A stretch of DNA of 64,000 bases from Eledone cirrhosa (GCA_964016885.1 CAXHJY010000973.1:62001-126000), one strand, 5' to 3'. Positions 14,346 to 26,600 are shown, numbered from the stretch's first letter. The notes: generated from the letters alone by a model not told the origin. A program made the numbers and translations.

Positions 14346-16070
14346 ATGGACGGAATTTTCACATCTCATCCTAACGTGAAAGCCACGCCCCCTAAGAAAG
14401 GTGATACAGAGAAGCTAGAAGCACAAGGCTCTAAGTCTTCCCTCCTGACTTCTGCAAAAGAAACATGGAACACGGAATTAAAAGAAAAATTTGTAAAAAT
14501 GGGTGAAAACCCAGAAAGTCACATAAACGCAGACAAAAACAACAACGACAATAACAGCAATAGTCACAACACCAACCAAGGAAAAAATAACGATAACACC
14601 AAACAAAGCGAACCCACTACTGGTGCCTCCTTTGCACAGGCGGTCCGGAAAACACAAACCTGCAAGCAACTGGACATTACAACTCTGAGAGAAAAGATGA
14701 AGGAAGCGAAACAGTATGTAACTTTCAAAGAAGGAGGAGACTTCACAATCACCTCCCCACAAGAAATCAAAAGAGACACGACGCTAAGAACGATATCCTT
14801 CAGAACAATTTCCAACATAACAAGGAAACCAACTCAATTATCCCAAAAAGAGATTGAGCTGGTCCTAAAAAATGTGTGGAGTGATATATCGTTCATACAA
14901 AAAGGGCCACTCTATGGGAATATAACGGTCCTAATGAAGGATCAATTGACGGCCAGGAAATACTCTGTGGCGCCAATTGTTTCCAAGCTACATACATTTT
15001 TCCCCACATATTTAGGGAAAAGAACGCAGAAGATAAGGGTCTCCGGAATCCGGCCAAATGCATGCATTTCCTGGGTACTAACAGGATTTTTAGAAGACGA
15101 GGACGGAATCCTTTCAGTAGGAGAAGTCACCACAGACGTTTTCGGCGGTTTGAGCGTGGAGGTTCTGGTCCAAATGAGACCAGAACGAATAGCTAGAATA
15201 CCACAGAGGGTGTCCCTCGATGGAGAAACATTTATATATATTTCAGCCAAGGGTAGGAGGCCCATATGTTACTACTGTTCAAGCAGGGGTCATCTAAGGG
15301 CTGCTTGTCCTCAATTGACAAAAAAAAAGGCTCTTTTGCCTACACCCCACACACCACCACCGCCACCACCACCACCACCACCACAACAACAACAAAAACA
15401 ACACGGAAAAATAACACAAGACACGGCCCCACCCAAAACAACTCCCAAAACACACACAAATACAACAAAACCCCAAAATACACCACTATCCGACAGCACG
15501 GACGAGGACCCAGCGGAAACGGCACCTAGTGACGAAGAGGGGGAACCCTTCCAGCCTGTAAAAAGGAAAAAAAGAAAGCACCACTCGAACATAAACGAAA
15601 CAAACACACAACCACCAACAAAAACAAAACAAACAGAACAAACAAAATCCGCCCCACCCCAAAACATAACACATACAACAAAACGTAAGCACACACAAGA
15701 ACAACAAACAAACACAACACAAATAAAACAGTATACATACATTAACACAAATAACAAAGAACTCGTAAAAACAATACACAAAGACCCTTCGGTGGAAACT
15801 GAAGGGCAATTCTTTGCAAGCGCGGCCAACAAACCGCATTTAAAAATGATAAGACTCCCAATGGACACCTATGCAAAACTAAGAGAGAACTTTCCTGAGG
15901 ACGTGGGGAAAACATGTACTCGACCCTATAACCGCGTCCTCTTGAAACGTTTCCCCACCCACACCTCACCAAACACCTCCACTCCACCACAGAACAACAC
16001 CCCACCAAACAACACCTCCAATACGCCCATGGATATTGTGCAACCCGCTCCTCAGGAGCCGAACAGGTAG
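14346..16070 (+). CDS. LINE ORF1 (gag-like; zinc knuckle CYYCSSRGHLRAAC, SFAQAV motif, basic KRKKRK, low-complexity P/T/Q)
   Basis: First ATG at 14346 within the 605-aa open frame. Confidence 0.85.
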   Translation: MDGIFTSHPNVKATPPKKGDTEKLEAQGSKSSLLTSAKETWNTELKEKFVKMGENPESHINADKNNNDNNSNSHNTNQGKNNDNTKQSEPTTGASFAQAVRKTQTCKQLDITTLREKMKEAKQYVTFKEGGDFTITSPQEIKRDTTLRTISFRTISNITRKPTQLSQKEIELVLKNVWSDISFIQKGPLYGNITVLMKDQLTARKYSVAPIVSKLHTFFPTYLGKRTQKIRVSGIRPNACISWVLTGFLEDEDGILSVGEVTTDVFGGLSVEVLVQMRPERIARIPQRVSLDGETFIYISAKGRRPICYYCSSRGHLRAACPQLTKKKALLPTPHTPPPPPPPPPPQQQQKQHGKITQDTAPPKTTPKTHTNTTKPQNTPLSDSTDEDPAETAPSDEEGEPFQPVKRKKRKHHSNINETNTQPPTKTKQTEQTKSAPPQNITHTTKRKHTQEQQTNTTQIKQYTYINTNNKELVKTIHKDPSVETEGQFFASAANKPHLKMIRLPMDTYAKLRENFPEDVGKTCTRPYNRVLLKRFPTHTSPNTSTPPQNNTPPNNTSNTPMDIVQPAPQEPNR

Positions 16071-16091
16071 GTCCTTCCTCTTTTAACCAAC

Positions 16092-19000
16092 ATGGCTGAT
16101 ATAAGAGTTGGGTGTCTGAATGTACGCGGCCTGGGACTGTCTTGGAAACAAGGCAAACTTTTAAACGATCTCAGGTCGCATAGAATGGATGTAATGGCTA
16201 TTTGCGAGTCCAGGATCAGCAGCGATCACCAACTGGCGCCCCTCTTCGACGACTTTGAGATCTTCGCATCTCTCTGTCAACCGGGGGGTGGGGGTGGAGT
16301 TGTCGTTCTGCTGCGAAAACACCTGGGCCTCGCCATACAGAAGGTGCACCTGGACCCGGAGGGTCGACTGGTGGTTTTAGACGTCGGCAGTAGTGAAAGT
16401 GGAGCCCTTAGACTAATAGCTGTGTACGCCCCTTTTTGGGCAGCGCGGCCGGAATACTTCCAACGTCTGGAAACTTTTCTGGGAACGTCCCGCTCCTTGC
16501 TTTTAGTGGGGGACTGGAATGGTATCCTGGATGCACGTTGGGACTATGTAGGGGCATGTGCCAATAGAGGAGGGTGTAAAAGCCTCAAAAGGTTAATCGG
16601 CCGATTTGACCTGGCCGATAGATATCGACTAGATTTTCCGACTGTACCACTATGGACGTGGACCAATCGCAGTGGAACATCTAGGTCGTACCTAGATAGG
16701 GTCCTAGTTAGAGAGAAGGATAGGGACACATTTAGCTGTCCAAAAATGTTCATGGTTGACTATTCGGATCACAAGTTAGTGACCTGCATAGCCAACCTTG
16801 ATAGAACCCATAGACAGAGACCCGGTTACTGGAAGCTGAACTTGTCCTTACCGAGAAGCAAAGCTTACAGTAAACGGATTAGCACGTTAGTTAAGCAGAG
16901 TTTGACAGGGGCAATTGTCAACAACAGGTGGTGGAGCTCTCTTAAGAGAGCAATTAGAATAGAATCGATAGGTTTTAGTCAGGAATTAGCAAGGGATAGG
17001 AACAAGACGGAAAGGGAATTAGTAGATAGAGTAGAAGAGGCGATTAGGAGTGGCAATGTAGCCGGCGTGCTGGCATCAAGAATGGCCTTAGACCAGTTCT
17101 TTGAGGTGAAGCATGAAGGCTGCGTTGTCAGGAGTAAAATACGTGCTCTGGGTAATGAGGGAGCCAAAGCTGTGAGCTGGGCCCGAGTGACAGAGGCAAA
17201 AATTGGGAACAAGTCCACGATTCGGTCTTTGAAGGACCAGGATGGGCGTGTGATCCTTGAACCTGGGCAGATGTGTGCGGCCTTTCAGCGGCGCTTTGCA
17301 CGACTGTTCGAGAGGGGCGGCGCGCCGGGTGAGACTATGGATTTCAATCCATACCTCTACTGTCTGCCGCGCCTCTCGGACGCGGGGGCGAAGTCCTGTG
17401 AAAGGACGATTTCAGCTGCTGAGATAGGGGCGGCGCTGAGCCAATGCGGCAAACGCAAATCCCCGGGTCTCGATGGTCTACCATACGAGCTATATGTAGC
17501 GATGCCGGACTTGTTCTCCGATATCCTCGAAGCGGTCTACTGCAACTGGCAGCAGAACGGGAGAATTCCCAGTTCTGTGACCAAGGGCGTAGTTACGCTG
17601 GTGAGGAAGGATGAGAACAAGGGGGACGACATAAGTAACTTCAGGCCCATAACTCTGCTAAATACAGAGTTAAAGATTTTGGCCAAGGTGTTAGCGAAGA
17701 GGTTGGCGCTTGTCGTTGGAAACCTGGTGGGAGAAGCGCAGACATGCGCAATCCCGTCCAGGTCCATTCACGACAATCTCCACCTTATGCGATACATCAT
17801 AGAGAGGGTAGGGAATGAACCCGGCTTTGGTGGGGCCCTGATCAACTTGGATCAATCTAAAGCTTTCGATATGGTTGACCATCGTTACCTGGATGCGGTG
17901 CTCGCGGCGGCAGGCTTCGGACCCGTTTTCAGGGGTTGGATTGCTGCGATGCACAGCAGCAACGTCTGCTCAAGGGTCAAGGTGAACAGCCACCTCTCGG
18001 AGCCGTTCCAAATCATGCGATCCATCCGACAGGGATGCCCTCTCTCCTCCCTACTGTATATGCTGGCTCTTGAGCCACTACTGCGGAAGTTGGAGCGGTT
18101 GCAGGGCATCCCTTTGGAACCGGGATTGCAGAAAGCGGCGTTGGCCTACGCCGATGACGTGACAGTAATGGTGTCGAAAACCTCGCAAATCGGTGAGATC
18201 GGCACCTTACTGGAGGAATATGAAAAGTTTACAGGAGCCAAGCTGAACCGGGACAAGTCCGTCGGTTTGCAACTCGGAACATGGAGAGGCAAACCGATGC
18301 CCTCCAACGACGTCGTCGGACGCTGGACGGAGGGCCCGGTGAAGCTGCTTGGGGTCTGGTTCGGACCAGACCTCCAGGTGGAGAAAAACTGGAACGAGGT
18401 AACGGCATGGGTGTTTGCACTCACCCAGAAGTGGGCCCAGTGCAAACTATCCCTGAAAGGTCGAGCGGAGGTGGCGAATACTTATATAGCATCCGTCATC
18501 TATTACCGCTTGACCGTCGTGCCTTGCCCAGTGAAAAGACTCGCCAAAATGGAGTGCGCGCTGTTCCAATTTCTTTGGAACAAGCGGACCCCTTTGGTGA
18601 GGAGATCCATCTGCTGTCAACACCCTTCGAAAGGAGGGCTGGGGATGCCGTGGCTACAGATGCGTAAACACGCACTAAGGCTACGGCACCTCCAGGTATT
18701 CCTCACCGGTCAACCGGTGTGGGCCCCGTTTGTGAGGCGAGCCTTTCCCAGACTCGTCTCGCTCACCGAGCTGCAATCCTGGGTCAAGCAAAGACCGAGA
18801 AAAGTGGGCGACTGGCACATTGAATGTGCCCAGGCGCTCACGGCCCTCTGGAAAGCGGACCCGGCAATCAGTGGAGACTCCACCTCGACATTCTATAGAG
18901 GGTTGGTACGCAGCAGGTGCGACGATGCTCTCGGAGAAGCTCTAGGCATGGAGGAAGATGAACTGGCCAGTCTGTTCGGTAGGACGTTTGGCCCTGGACC

Positions 19001-19529
19001 GATGGACAACTTCCAAAAGTCCCTGGCTTGGCAGTGCTACCGAGGGGCTCTACCCGTTCGAGACAAGCTCCACAGGCATGGGAGCCTGGGTAGAGATCCT
19101 TTGAATAAGATCTGTCCGAGATGCGTGCATGATGACGAAACCGTTGCGCACGCATTCGTACACTGCCCAGGCATTGCTGACCTGTGGGGCTATGTGGAAC
19201 GACTACTGTCGAGGGTGGGACCAATCCGGTTGACCACCGAGTCCATTGTCACGATCAAACCGCCTCCCCCTTTCAAAAACGAAGGAGAGGCGGTTTTTCT
19301 CTGTGTGATAGCCATGGCTAAAGAAGTTGTATGGTGGACGAGGCTGAAAGGGCTGAAGTCAGACACCTTTCTCTCCGGCCAACAACTGGTCCTCTTTTTC
19401 AAATACCATTTTAAAAGAAGGATCAGAATGGAGAGAGAGGTGCTCTACCCCAGCAAGTTTTATGAAAGGTGGGTGAAAGTAGGGAGAATGGCCAGAGTGA
19501 ATGGGTCTTCTCTCTATATCAGCCTGTAG
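16092..19529 (+). CDS. Tx1-type ORF2: APE, RT and C-terminal zinc-binding domain (1145 aa)
   Basis: LNVRGL, VGDWN, YLDRV, SDH, YWKLN, SPGLDGLP, FRPITLLN, LDQSKAFD, IRQGCPLS, YADD, KGGLG, CPRC..ETVAHAFVHC. Confidence 0.93.
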   Translation: MADIRVGCLNVRGLGLSWKQGKLLNDLRSHRMDVMAICESRISSDHQLAPLFDDFEIFASLCQPGGGGGVVVLLRKHLGLAIQKVHLDPEGRLVVLDVGSSESGALRLIAVYAPFWAARPEYFQRLETFLGTSRSLLLVGDWNGILDARWDYVGACANRGGCKSLKRLIGRFDLADRYRLDFPTVPLWTWTNRSGTSRSYLDRVLVREKDRDTFSCPKMFMVDYSDHKLVTCIANLDRTHRQRPGYWKLNLSLPRSKAYSKRISTLVKQSLTGAIVNNRWWSSLKRAIRIESIGFSQELARDRNKTERELVDRVEEAIRSGNVAGVLASRMALDQFFEVKHEGCVVRSKIRALGNEGAKAVSWARVTEAKIGNKSTIRSLKDQDGRVILEPGQMCAAFQRRFARLFERGGAPGETMDFNPYLYCLPRLSDAGAKSCERTISAAEIGAALSQCGKRKSPGLDGLPYELYVAMPDLFSDILEAVYCNWQQNGRIPSSVTKGVVTLVRKDENKGDDISNFRPITLLNTELKILAKVLAKRLALVVGNLVGEAQTCAIPSRSIHDNLHLMRYIIERVGNEPGFGGALINLDQSKAFDMVDHRYLDAVLAAAGFGPVFRGWIAAMHSSNVCSRVKVNSHLSEPFQIMRSIRQGCPLSSLLYMLALEPLLRKLERLQGIPLEPGLQKAALAYADDVTVMVSKTSQIGEIGTLLEEYEKFTGAKLNRDKSVGLQLGTWRGKPMPSNDVVGRWTEGPVKLLGVWFGPDLQVEKNWNEVTAWVFALTQKWAQCKLSLKGRAEVANTYIASVIYYRLTVVPCPVKRLAKMECALFQFLWNKRTPLVRRSICCQHPSKGGLGMPWLQMRKHALRLRHLQVFLTGQPVWAPFVRRAFPRLVSLTELQSWVKQRPRKVGDWHIECAQALTALWKADPAISGDSTSTFYRGLVRSRCDDALGEALGMEEDELASLFGRTFGPGPMDNFQKSLAWQCYRGALPVRDKLHRHGSLGRDPLNKICPRCVHDDETVAHAFVHCPGIADLWGYVERLLSRVGPIRLTTESIVTIKPPPPFKNEGEAVFLCVIAMAKEVVWWTRLKGLKSDTFLSGQQLVLFFKYHFKRRIRMEREVLYPSKFYERWVKVGRMARVNGSSLYISL

Positions 19530-19766
19530 GTGAAAGAAGAGGAAAAAGAGGAGACGAGGGAAGCACCTACTCTTTGTGCTCCTGAGGAGAAGGGTTGCAC
19601 ATTTTTTCCGGGGTGTGTGCGACCCATGTTAATGCCCCCTCCCTATTGAGGACTTCGTTTGTTGTTGTTATTTCATTGTTATATTTTTGTACTCGTTAAT
19701 TATATGTAAACTTCCCCCCTTGTATCTGTCCCTACCTTTTGTGCCCTAGTGGCAAATAAAGAAACC

Positions 19767-20973
19767 ACTCTATATATACTATTGTATTTTCACAGTGAAG
19801 GCTTTACTTCACATAACATTTACATTACTCTATATATACTATTGTATTTTCACAGTAAAGGCTTTACCTCACATAATATCTCACATAACATTTACATTAC
19901 TCTATATATACTATTGTATTTTCACAGTAAAGGCTTTACCTCACATAACATTTACATTACTCTATATATATACTATTGTATTTTCACAGTAAAGGCTTTA
20001 CCTCACATAATATCTCACATAACATTTACATTACTCTATATATACTATTGTATTTTCACAGTAAAGGCTTTACCTCACATAACATTTACATTACTCTATA
20101 TATACTATTGTATTATCACAGTAAAGTCTTTACCTCACATAATATCTCACATAACATTTACATTACTCTATATATACTATTGTATTTTCACAGTAAAGGC
20201 TTTACCTCACATAACATTTACATTACTCTATATATATACTATTGTATTTTCACAGTAAAGGCTTTACCTCACATAACATTTACATTACTCTATATATACT
20301 ATTGTATTATCACAGTAAAGTCTTTACCTCACATAACATTTACATTACTCTATATATACTATTGTATTATCACAGTAAAGGCTTTACTTCACATAATATC
20401 TCACATAACATTTACATTACTCTATATATACTATTGTATTATCACAGTAAAGTCTTTACCTCACATAACATTTACATTACTCTATATATACTATTGTATT
20501 TTCACAGTAAAGGCTTTACTTCACATAATATCTCACATAACATTTACATTACTCTACATATACTATTGTATTTTCACAGTAAAGGCTTTACCTCACATAA
20601 TATCTCTCATAACATTTACATTACTCTATATATACTATTGTATTTTCACAGTAAAGGCTTTACCTCACATAACATTTACATTACTCTATATATAATATTG
20701 TATTTTCACAGTAAAGGCTTTACCTCACATAACATTTACATTACTCTATATATACTATTGCATTTTCACAGTAAAGGCTTTACTTCACATAATATCTCAC
20801 ATAACATTTACATTACTCTATATATACTATTGTATTATCACAGTAAAGGCTTTACTTCACATAATATCTCACATAACATTTACATTACTCTATATATACT
20901 ATTGTATTATCACAGTAAAGGCTTTACCTCACATAATATCTCACATAACATTTACATTACTCTATATATACTA
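19767..20973. repeat. 60/71-bp minisatellite, block 2
   Basis: Same unit as block 1. Confidence 0.95.
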
Positions 20974-21876
20974 CTAGCAGTAAAGCCCGGCGTTGCTCGG
21001 GGTCGCTCAGTAGCTGTGTTAAAGTTACAATGTTAAGTTTCTTTCTTGGCTTAAAAACTGTAGTGTCTACTGTGCAGACTTGCATGTGGTGTTTTTGATT
21101 AATATTCCCTCAACCAACAATATGCCTTATGAAGTTAAGAAAACATAACGATAACCCGAATGTTATAACAAAAGAGGATGCTGGGGATAGAAACTGCTAT
21201 GGTTATTTATTAACAAAGATCGAAAATGTAAACACTGCAACGCAGAGAAAAACATTAGCGTAACCAAATTATCAGTTATTATGTCTGTCTGCACGCCTAT
21301 ATCACCTCTCTGCACGACTGTCTGTCTGCACGCCTATATCACCTCTCTGCACGCGTATATCACCTCTCTGCACGACTGTCTGTCTGCACGACTGCCTGTC
21401 TGCACGCCTAACGACGAAATATTTGCTTGTTTTACGTAGTCTTTAAATAGACTTGTTTTCAAGTAAAAATATTGTTTTAAAATGCTTTTAAATGGAAATG
21501 AAGCAAAACGGAAGCTTAGTGTTCGAACTGATGAATTTTGCAGGTCAATATTTTGCTGGCTCGACAACTGTCTGTTCGTGTATTGTGTTAATGTCATTTT
21601 AAACGCTGAGAAAGCCAGCGTAATTTTTTACGTAAGACGCTCAATGTAAACAGAACAAAGGGAAATAACTGATAACTTACGCTCAAAAATCGATACATTA
21701 TATTCGATTTCGTCACATAGGGTGGGTCAATTTGAAATTTTTTTTTTTCCGATGTCTTCGCTAGGGCTCAATGTACAAGTATAGCAATTTCGGTGCAATT
21801 CCGTGAGAGATTCTAAGAGGAGATGTGTGCGAAAAATCGATAGACAGACAGACAACCACAGTTTTATATATATAGA
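20974..21876 (-). mobile_element. Non-autonomous Helitron (~0.9 kb)
   Basis: Minus strand starts TC(TATATATAT) and ends with hairpin CCCGAGCAACGCCGGG then CTAG. Inserted at A^T of the minisatellite (CTA|TTG) with no TSD. Confidence 0.88.
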
Positions 21877-24026
21877 TTGTATTTTCACAGTAAAGTCTTT
21901 ACCTCACATGATATCTCACATAACATTTACATTACTCTATATATACTATTGTATTTTCACAGTAAAGGCTTTACCTCACATAACATTTACATTACTCTAT
22001 ATATACTATTGTATTTTCACAGTAAAGGCTTTACCTCACATAACATTTACATTACTCTATATATACTATTGTATTTTCACAGTAAAGGCTTTACCTCACA
22101 TAATATCTCACATAACATTTACATTACTCTATATATACTATTGTATTTTCACAGTAAAGGCTTTACCTCACATAACATTTACATTACTCTATATATACTA
22201 TTGTATTTTCACAGTAAAGGCTTTACCTCACATATCTCACATAACATTTACATTACTCTATATATACTATTGTATTTTCACAGTAAAGTCTTTACCTCAC
22301 ATGGTATCTCACATAACATTTACATTACTCTATATATACTATTGTATTTTAACAGTAAAGTCTTTACCTCACATAACATTTACATTACTCTATATATACT
22401 ATTGTATTTTCACAGTAAAGTCTTTACCTCACATAACATTTACATTACTCTATATATACTATTGTATTTTCACAGTAAAGGCTTTACCTCACATATCTCA
22501 CATAACATTTACATTACTCTATATATACTATTGTATTTTCACAGTAAAGGCTTTACCTCACATAATACCTCACATAACATTTACATTACTCTATATATAC
22601 TATTGTATTTTCACAGTAAAGGCTTTACCTCACATAACATTTACATTACTCTATATATACTATTGTATTTTCACAGTAAAGGCTTTACCTCACATAATAT
22701 CTCACATAACATTTACATTACTCTATATATACTATTGTATTTTCACAGTAAAGGCTTTACCTCACATAATACCTCACATAACATTTACATTACTCTATAT
22801 ATACTATTGTATTTTCACAGTAAAGGCTTTACCTCACATATCTCACATAACATTTACATTACTCTATATATACTATTGTATTTTCACAGTAAAGTCTTTA
22901 CCTCACATGGTATCTCACATAACATTTACATTACTCTATATATACTATTGTATTTTCACAGTAAAGTCTTTACCTCACATAACATTTACATTACTCTATA
23001 TATACTATTGTATTTTCACAGTAAAGTCTTTACCTCACATAACATTTACATTACTCTATATATACTATTGTATTTTCACAGTAAAGGCTTTACCTCACAT
23101 ATCTCACATAACATTTACATTACTCTATATATACTATTGTATTTTCACAGTAAAGGCTTTACCTCACATATCTCACATAACATTTACATTACTCTATATA
23201 TACTATTGTATTTTCACAGTAAAGGCTTTACCTCACATATCTCACATAACATTTACATTACTCTATATATACTATTGTATTTTCACAGTAAAGTCTTTAC
23301 CTCACATAATATCTCACATAACATTTACATTACTCTATATATACTATTGTATTTTCACAGAAAAGGCTTTACCTCACATAACATTTACATTACTCTATAT
23401 ATACTATTGTATTTTCACAGTAAAGGCTTTACCTCACATAACATTTACATTACTCTATATATACTATTGTATTTTCACAGTAAAGGCTTTACCTCACATA
23501 ACATTTACATTACTCTATATATACTATTGTATTTTCACAGTAAAGGCTTTACCTCACATAATATCTCATAACATTTACATTACTCTATATATACTATTGT
23601 ATTTTCACAGTAAAGGCTTTACCTCACATAACATTTACATTACTCTATATATACTATTGTATTTTCACAGTAAAGGCTTTACCTCACATAACATTTACAT
23701 TACTCTACATATACTATTGTATTTTCACAGTAAAGGCTTTACCTCACATAACATTTACATTACTCTATATATACTATTGTATTTTCACAGTAAAGGCTTT
23801 ACCTCACATAATATCTCTCATAACATTTACATTACTCTATATATACTATTGTATTTTCACAGTAAAGGCTTTACCTCACATAATATCTCTCATAACATTT
23901 ACATTACTCTATATATACTATTGTATTTTCACAGTAAAGGCTTTACCTCACATAATATCTCACATAACATTTACATTACTCTATATATACTATTGTATTT
24001 TCATAGTAAAGGCTTTACCTCACATA
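21877..24026. repeat. 60/68/71-bp minisatellite, block 3 (final remnant at 24507-24533)
   Basis: Same unit. Confidence 0.95.
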
Positions 24027-24506
24027 TTGTGGCATATATTAATGACATAGATGCCAACTTAAAGAATGCCACAGTACTAAAGTATGCAGATGACATCAAG
24101 CTGTACCTTGAGATAAAAAGGACAGATCCTGAACACTATAGATCTTGCCTGCTATCTCACCTGGACACAATGCAACAATGGATCACAGACTGGCAACACA
24201 AGCTAGCTGTGGACAAGAGCACCACCATGCATTTTGGGAGTAAAAACCCAGCATCCATATACTCCCACTACAGCACTACTATCAAGAAGTCTTCTTGTGA
24301 ACGTGACCTGGGCATTATGGTCAGCAGTGATTTGCGTTGGACGAAGCACGTCTCTAAAATTGTCAAGAAGGCTGAGGGTGTCTTAGCATCACTCAGCAAG
24401 ACCTTTGTCAGCCACTCTCCAGCTATCTATTTAAAGCTGTATATAGTTATGGTGTGTCCACACTTTGAAATTACATCACCAGTCTGGAACCCCTATTTTG
24501 TTCAGC
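24027..24506 (+). mobile_element. CR1/L2-type RT internal fragment
   Basis: YINDID..KYADDIKL..ERDLGIMVSSDLRW..PHFEITSPVWNPY. Confidence 0.85.
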
Positions 24507-24817
24507 CTTTACCTCATATAATATCTCACATAAGATCAAATGTATGAGATTTTGATGTTATTTATTTTGAGTACAATACCTTAACATCAGTATGAGCAGC
24601 CAGATTCAGCCAGTTTTAACAACAAGAGGTAAGAGAATTCTGGCTGGATATGGCTGGTTTAAATGCTAAAAGGTTAATATTTACTCAGGAAATACAATAT
24701 AATGGATTTAAAAAATGAAATTTATCAAAATGAAAACAGAATTAAAGTAAATATGTTTCCCTACATTTTGTACTAATTGCCATATCCCACTATGATGTTG
24801 ATTTATTTTGATGAAAT

Positions 24818-25040
24818 AATAATAATGGTTTCTACTTTAGGCACAAGGCCAGCAATTTTGAGGGGGAGAGGGATTGTTGATTAAATTGACCCCAGTGTAT
24901 TATTGGTCCTTTATTTTATCAGCCCCGTCAGGATGAAAGGCAAAACTAACATCGGCAGGATTTGAACTCAGAATGTAAAGGGCTTTAATTATGCCAGAAT
25001 GTCCAATGCTCTAATGATACTGCTAATCCACCTCCCTAAT
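24818..25040 (-). mobile_element. tRNA-derived SINE (diverged)
   Basis: GGATGAAAGGCAAA..GGATTTGAACTCAGAA on +; (TAA)n end. Confidence 0.75.
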
Positions 25041-25224
25041 AATATCAACCTATCAGCTGTATTGTAGTTATTGTTATATCTGGTGGATATCACACCACCT
25101 CATCTCACTAATGGCTTACTGTGCCTCTGCCACAGGACATAATGACCCTTGAGATTGACACCTCATGACTTGAATCATTATAATAAATTCTATAGCGTTG
25201 CAGGCTATGTCCACTTTGTAACCA

Positions 25225-25350
25225 CATTCTTTTGAATTCATTGTGTGGAACCTTAGGCAAGTGTCTTCTGTTAGTCCCAAGCCAACCAATGCTTTGTGAG
25301 CGAATCTGGTAGGCAGAAACTGTGAGGAAGTCTGAATATGTCTCTGAATA
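25225..25350 (+). mobile_element. SINE fragment (CORE-like CCTTAGGCAAGTGTCTT)
   Basis: Motif resemblance only. Confidence 0.45.
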
Positions 25351-25604
25351 AGTCTTAATATCGACACAAATTAAAGCAAGTTTTCATATCAAACAAGTGA
25401 GCTGTTCAATAAAGGCCAGTCACCTCTCTCTTTTGACCTGTAACTCTTGGAGACGTAGGGATGGAGCAGTGATTTAACGGTGTATCTTGGGGATTTTAAA
25501 ACCTGACAGATTATTTCTTCTCCAAGTTTCAACACAACTGATTTGTTTCAAAAAATGAGAGAAAGAGTGATATAGAGAGGAAATAAGACGGAGATTTAGA
25601 AGAA

Positions 25605-25750
25605 GAATCAACCCCAGTACTAGACTGGTACATATTAACCCAGGAAAGATGAAAAGCAAAATCGACCATGAAGGGATTTGAATGTAAAGGGCCGTAACTA
25701 AATGCTACAACACATTTTGTCTGATCCTCTAACAATTCTGCCAATCTAGC
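25605..25750 (-). mobile_element. Degenerate tRNA-derived SINE
   Basis: GATGAAAAGCAAAATCGAC..GGATTTGAA similar to the 24820 and 27790 copies. Confidence 0.55.
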
Positions 25751-25894
25751 ACATAGAAAGCCAAACCAGATAATGTTAAGAATTTACCCAACACTCTAAT
25801 GAACTCATTAACAATAAAAAAAGGATCGATCGACTTTCGTCAAATGTTTCCGTTGGTCTTTCCAGTTGCTAGTACTATCTATTAGTCGCAACTC

Positions 25895-26020
25895 CAGGTA
25901 GAAGGAGCAACGCGAAATAAAGTGTCTTGCTCAAGGACATAACGCATCGCCCGGTCCAGGAATCGAACTCACAGCCTCATGATTGTGAATCCAATTCTCT
26001 AACCACTCAGCCACACACCT
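25895..26020 (-). mobile_element. tRNA-headed CORE-like SINE
   Basis: Minus strand: GTGGCTGAGTGGTTAG (A box), GAGTTCGATTCC (B box), CCTTGAGCAAGACACTT. Confidence 0.7.
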
Positions 26021-26089
26021 TCATTACATTAACAATAAAGATATCTAATATAAAGACAATTCGGTAATCAGAAGGGAGGCAGGTGTAGA

Positions 26090-26450
26090 AGCCAAATTCA
26101 CTATCTTAAATTCTGTCTAATGCCAACTGTTACCTATGGTAATGAATCTTGGGTAATGACTGACAGAATACGATCGCAAATATAAGTGGCGGGAATGGGG
26201 TTCTTCCGAAATATCTTTGGAGTAACATTACTCAAAAGAGTGAGTAGCTCGGAGATGAGTGAGTCACTCCAGGTAGAGCTGGTACTTCTCCCAATTGAGA
26301 GATCACAGCTCCGATACTAAGGACATGTAGTTAGAATGTCTCAGGAAAGAATTGCTGGACAGATTTTACTGGCAAAACCAAACAACAGGAGACCCAGTGG
26401 TAGACCCTGAGCAAGATGGTTGAATAACATCTATGAGCTTGGCTGGTCTC
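26090..26450 (+). mobile_element. Old degenerate RTE-type LINE fragment
   Basis: Residual TYGNESW and QLRY*GHVVRM motifs. Confidence 0.55.
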
Positions 26451-26600
26451 ACTTGGGGAGACGGTTGCTTCTGACAGAACCCACTGGAAGGACTGTTTGA
26501 GGACTCTGCCCCCATGACCCTCTCAGGAATAAATGGGAGAAGAAGAAGGGGTATTGCTGAATAAAGAAAGAAAAACAATGAAAACCTAATCAAAACTTAC

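Larger units (their letters stand above)
14136..19766 (+). mobile_element. Apparently full-length Tx1/L1-clade LINE with two intact ORFs, antisense in the last NCAPH intron
   Basis: 5' UTR, ORF1 with a CCHC knuckle, 21-nt spacer, ORF2, 3' UTR ending AATAAAGAAACC; minisatellite resumes on both sides. Confidence 0.92.

Noticed and set aside
13467-24547. Repeat-protein ORFs (YFHSKGFTSHNI..., the 914-aa ORF fused to an RT piece)
   Set aside because: They are read-through of the minisatellite, with frame switches at 68/71-bp units; the fusion to RT is incidental.
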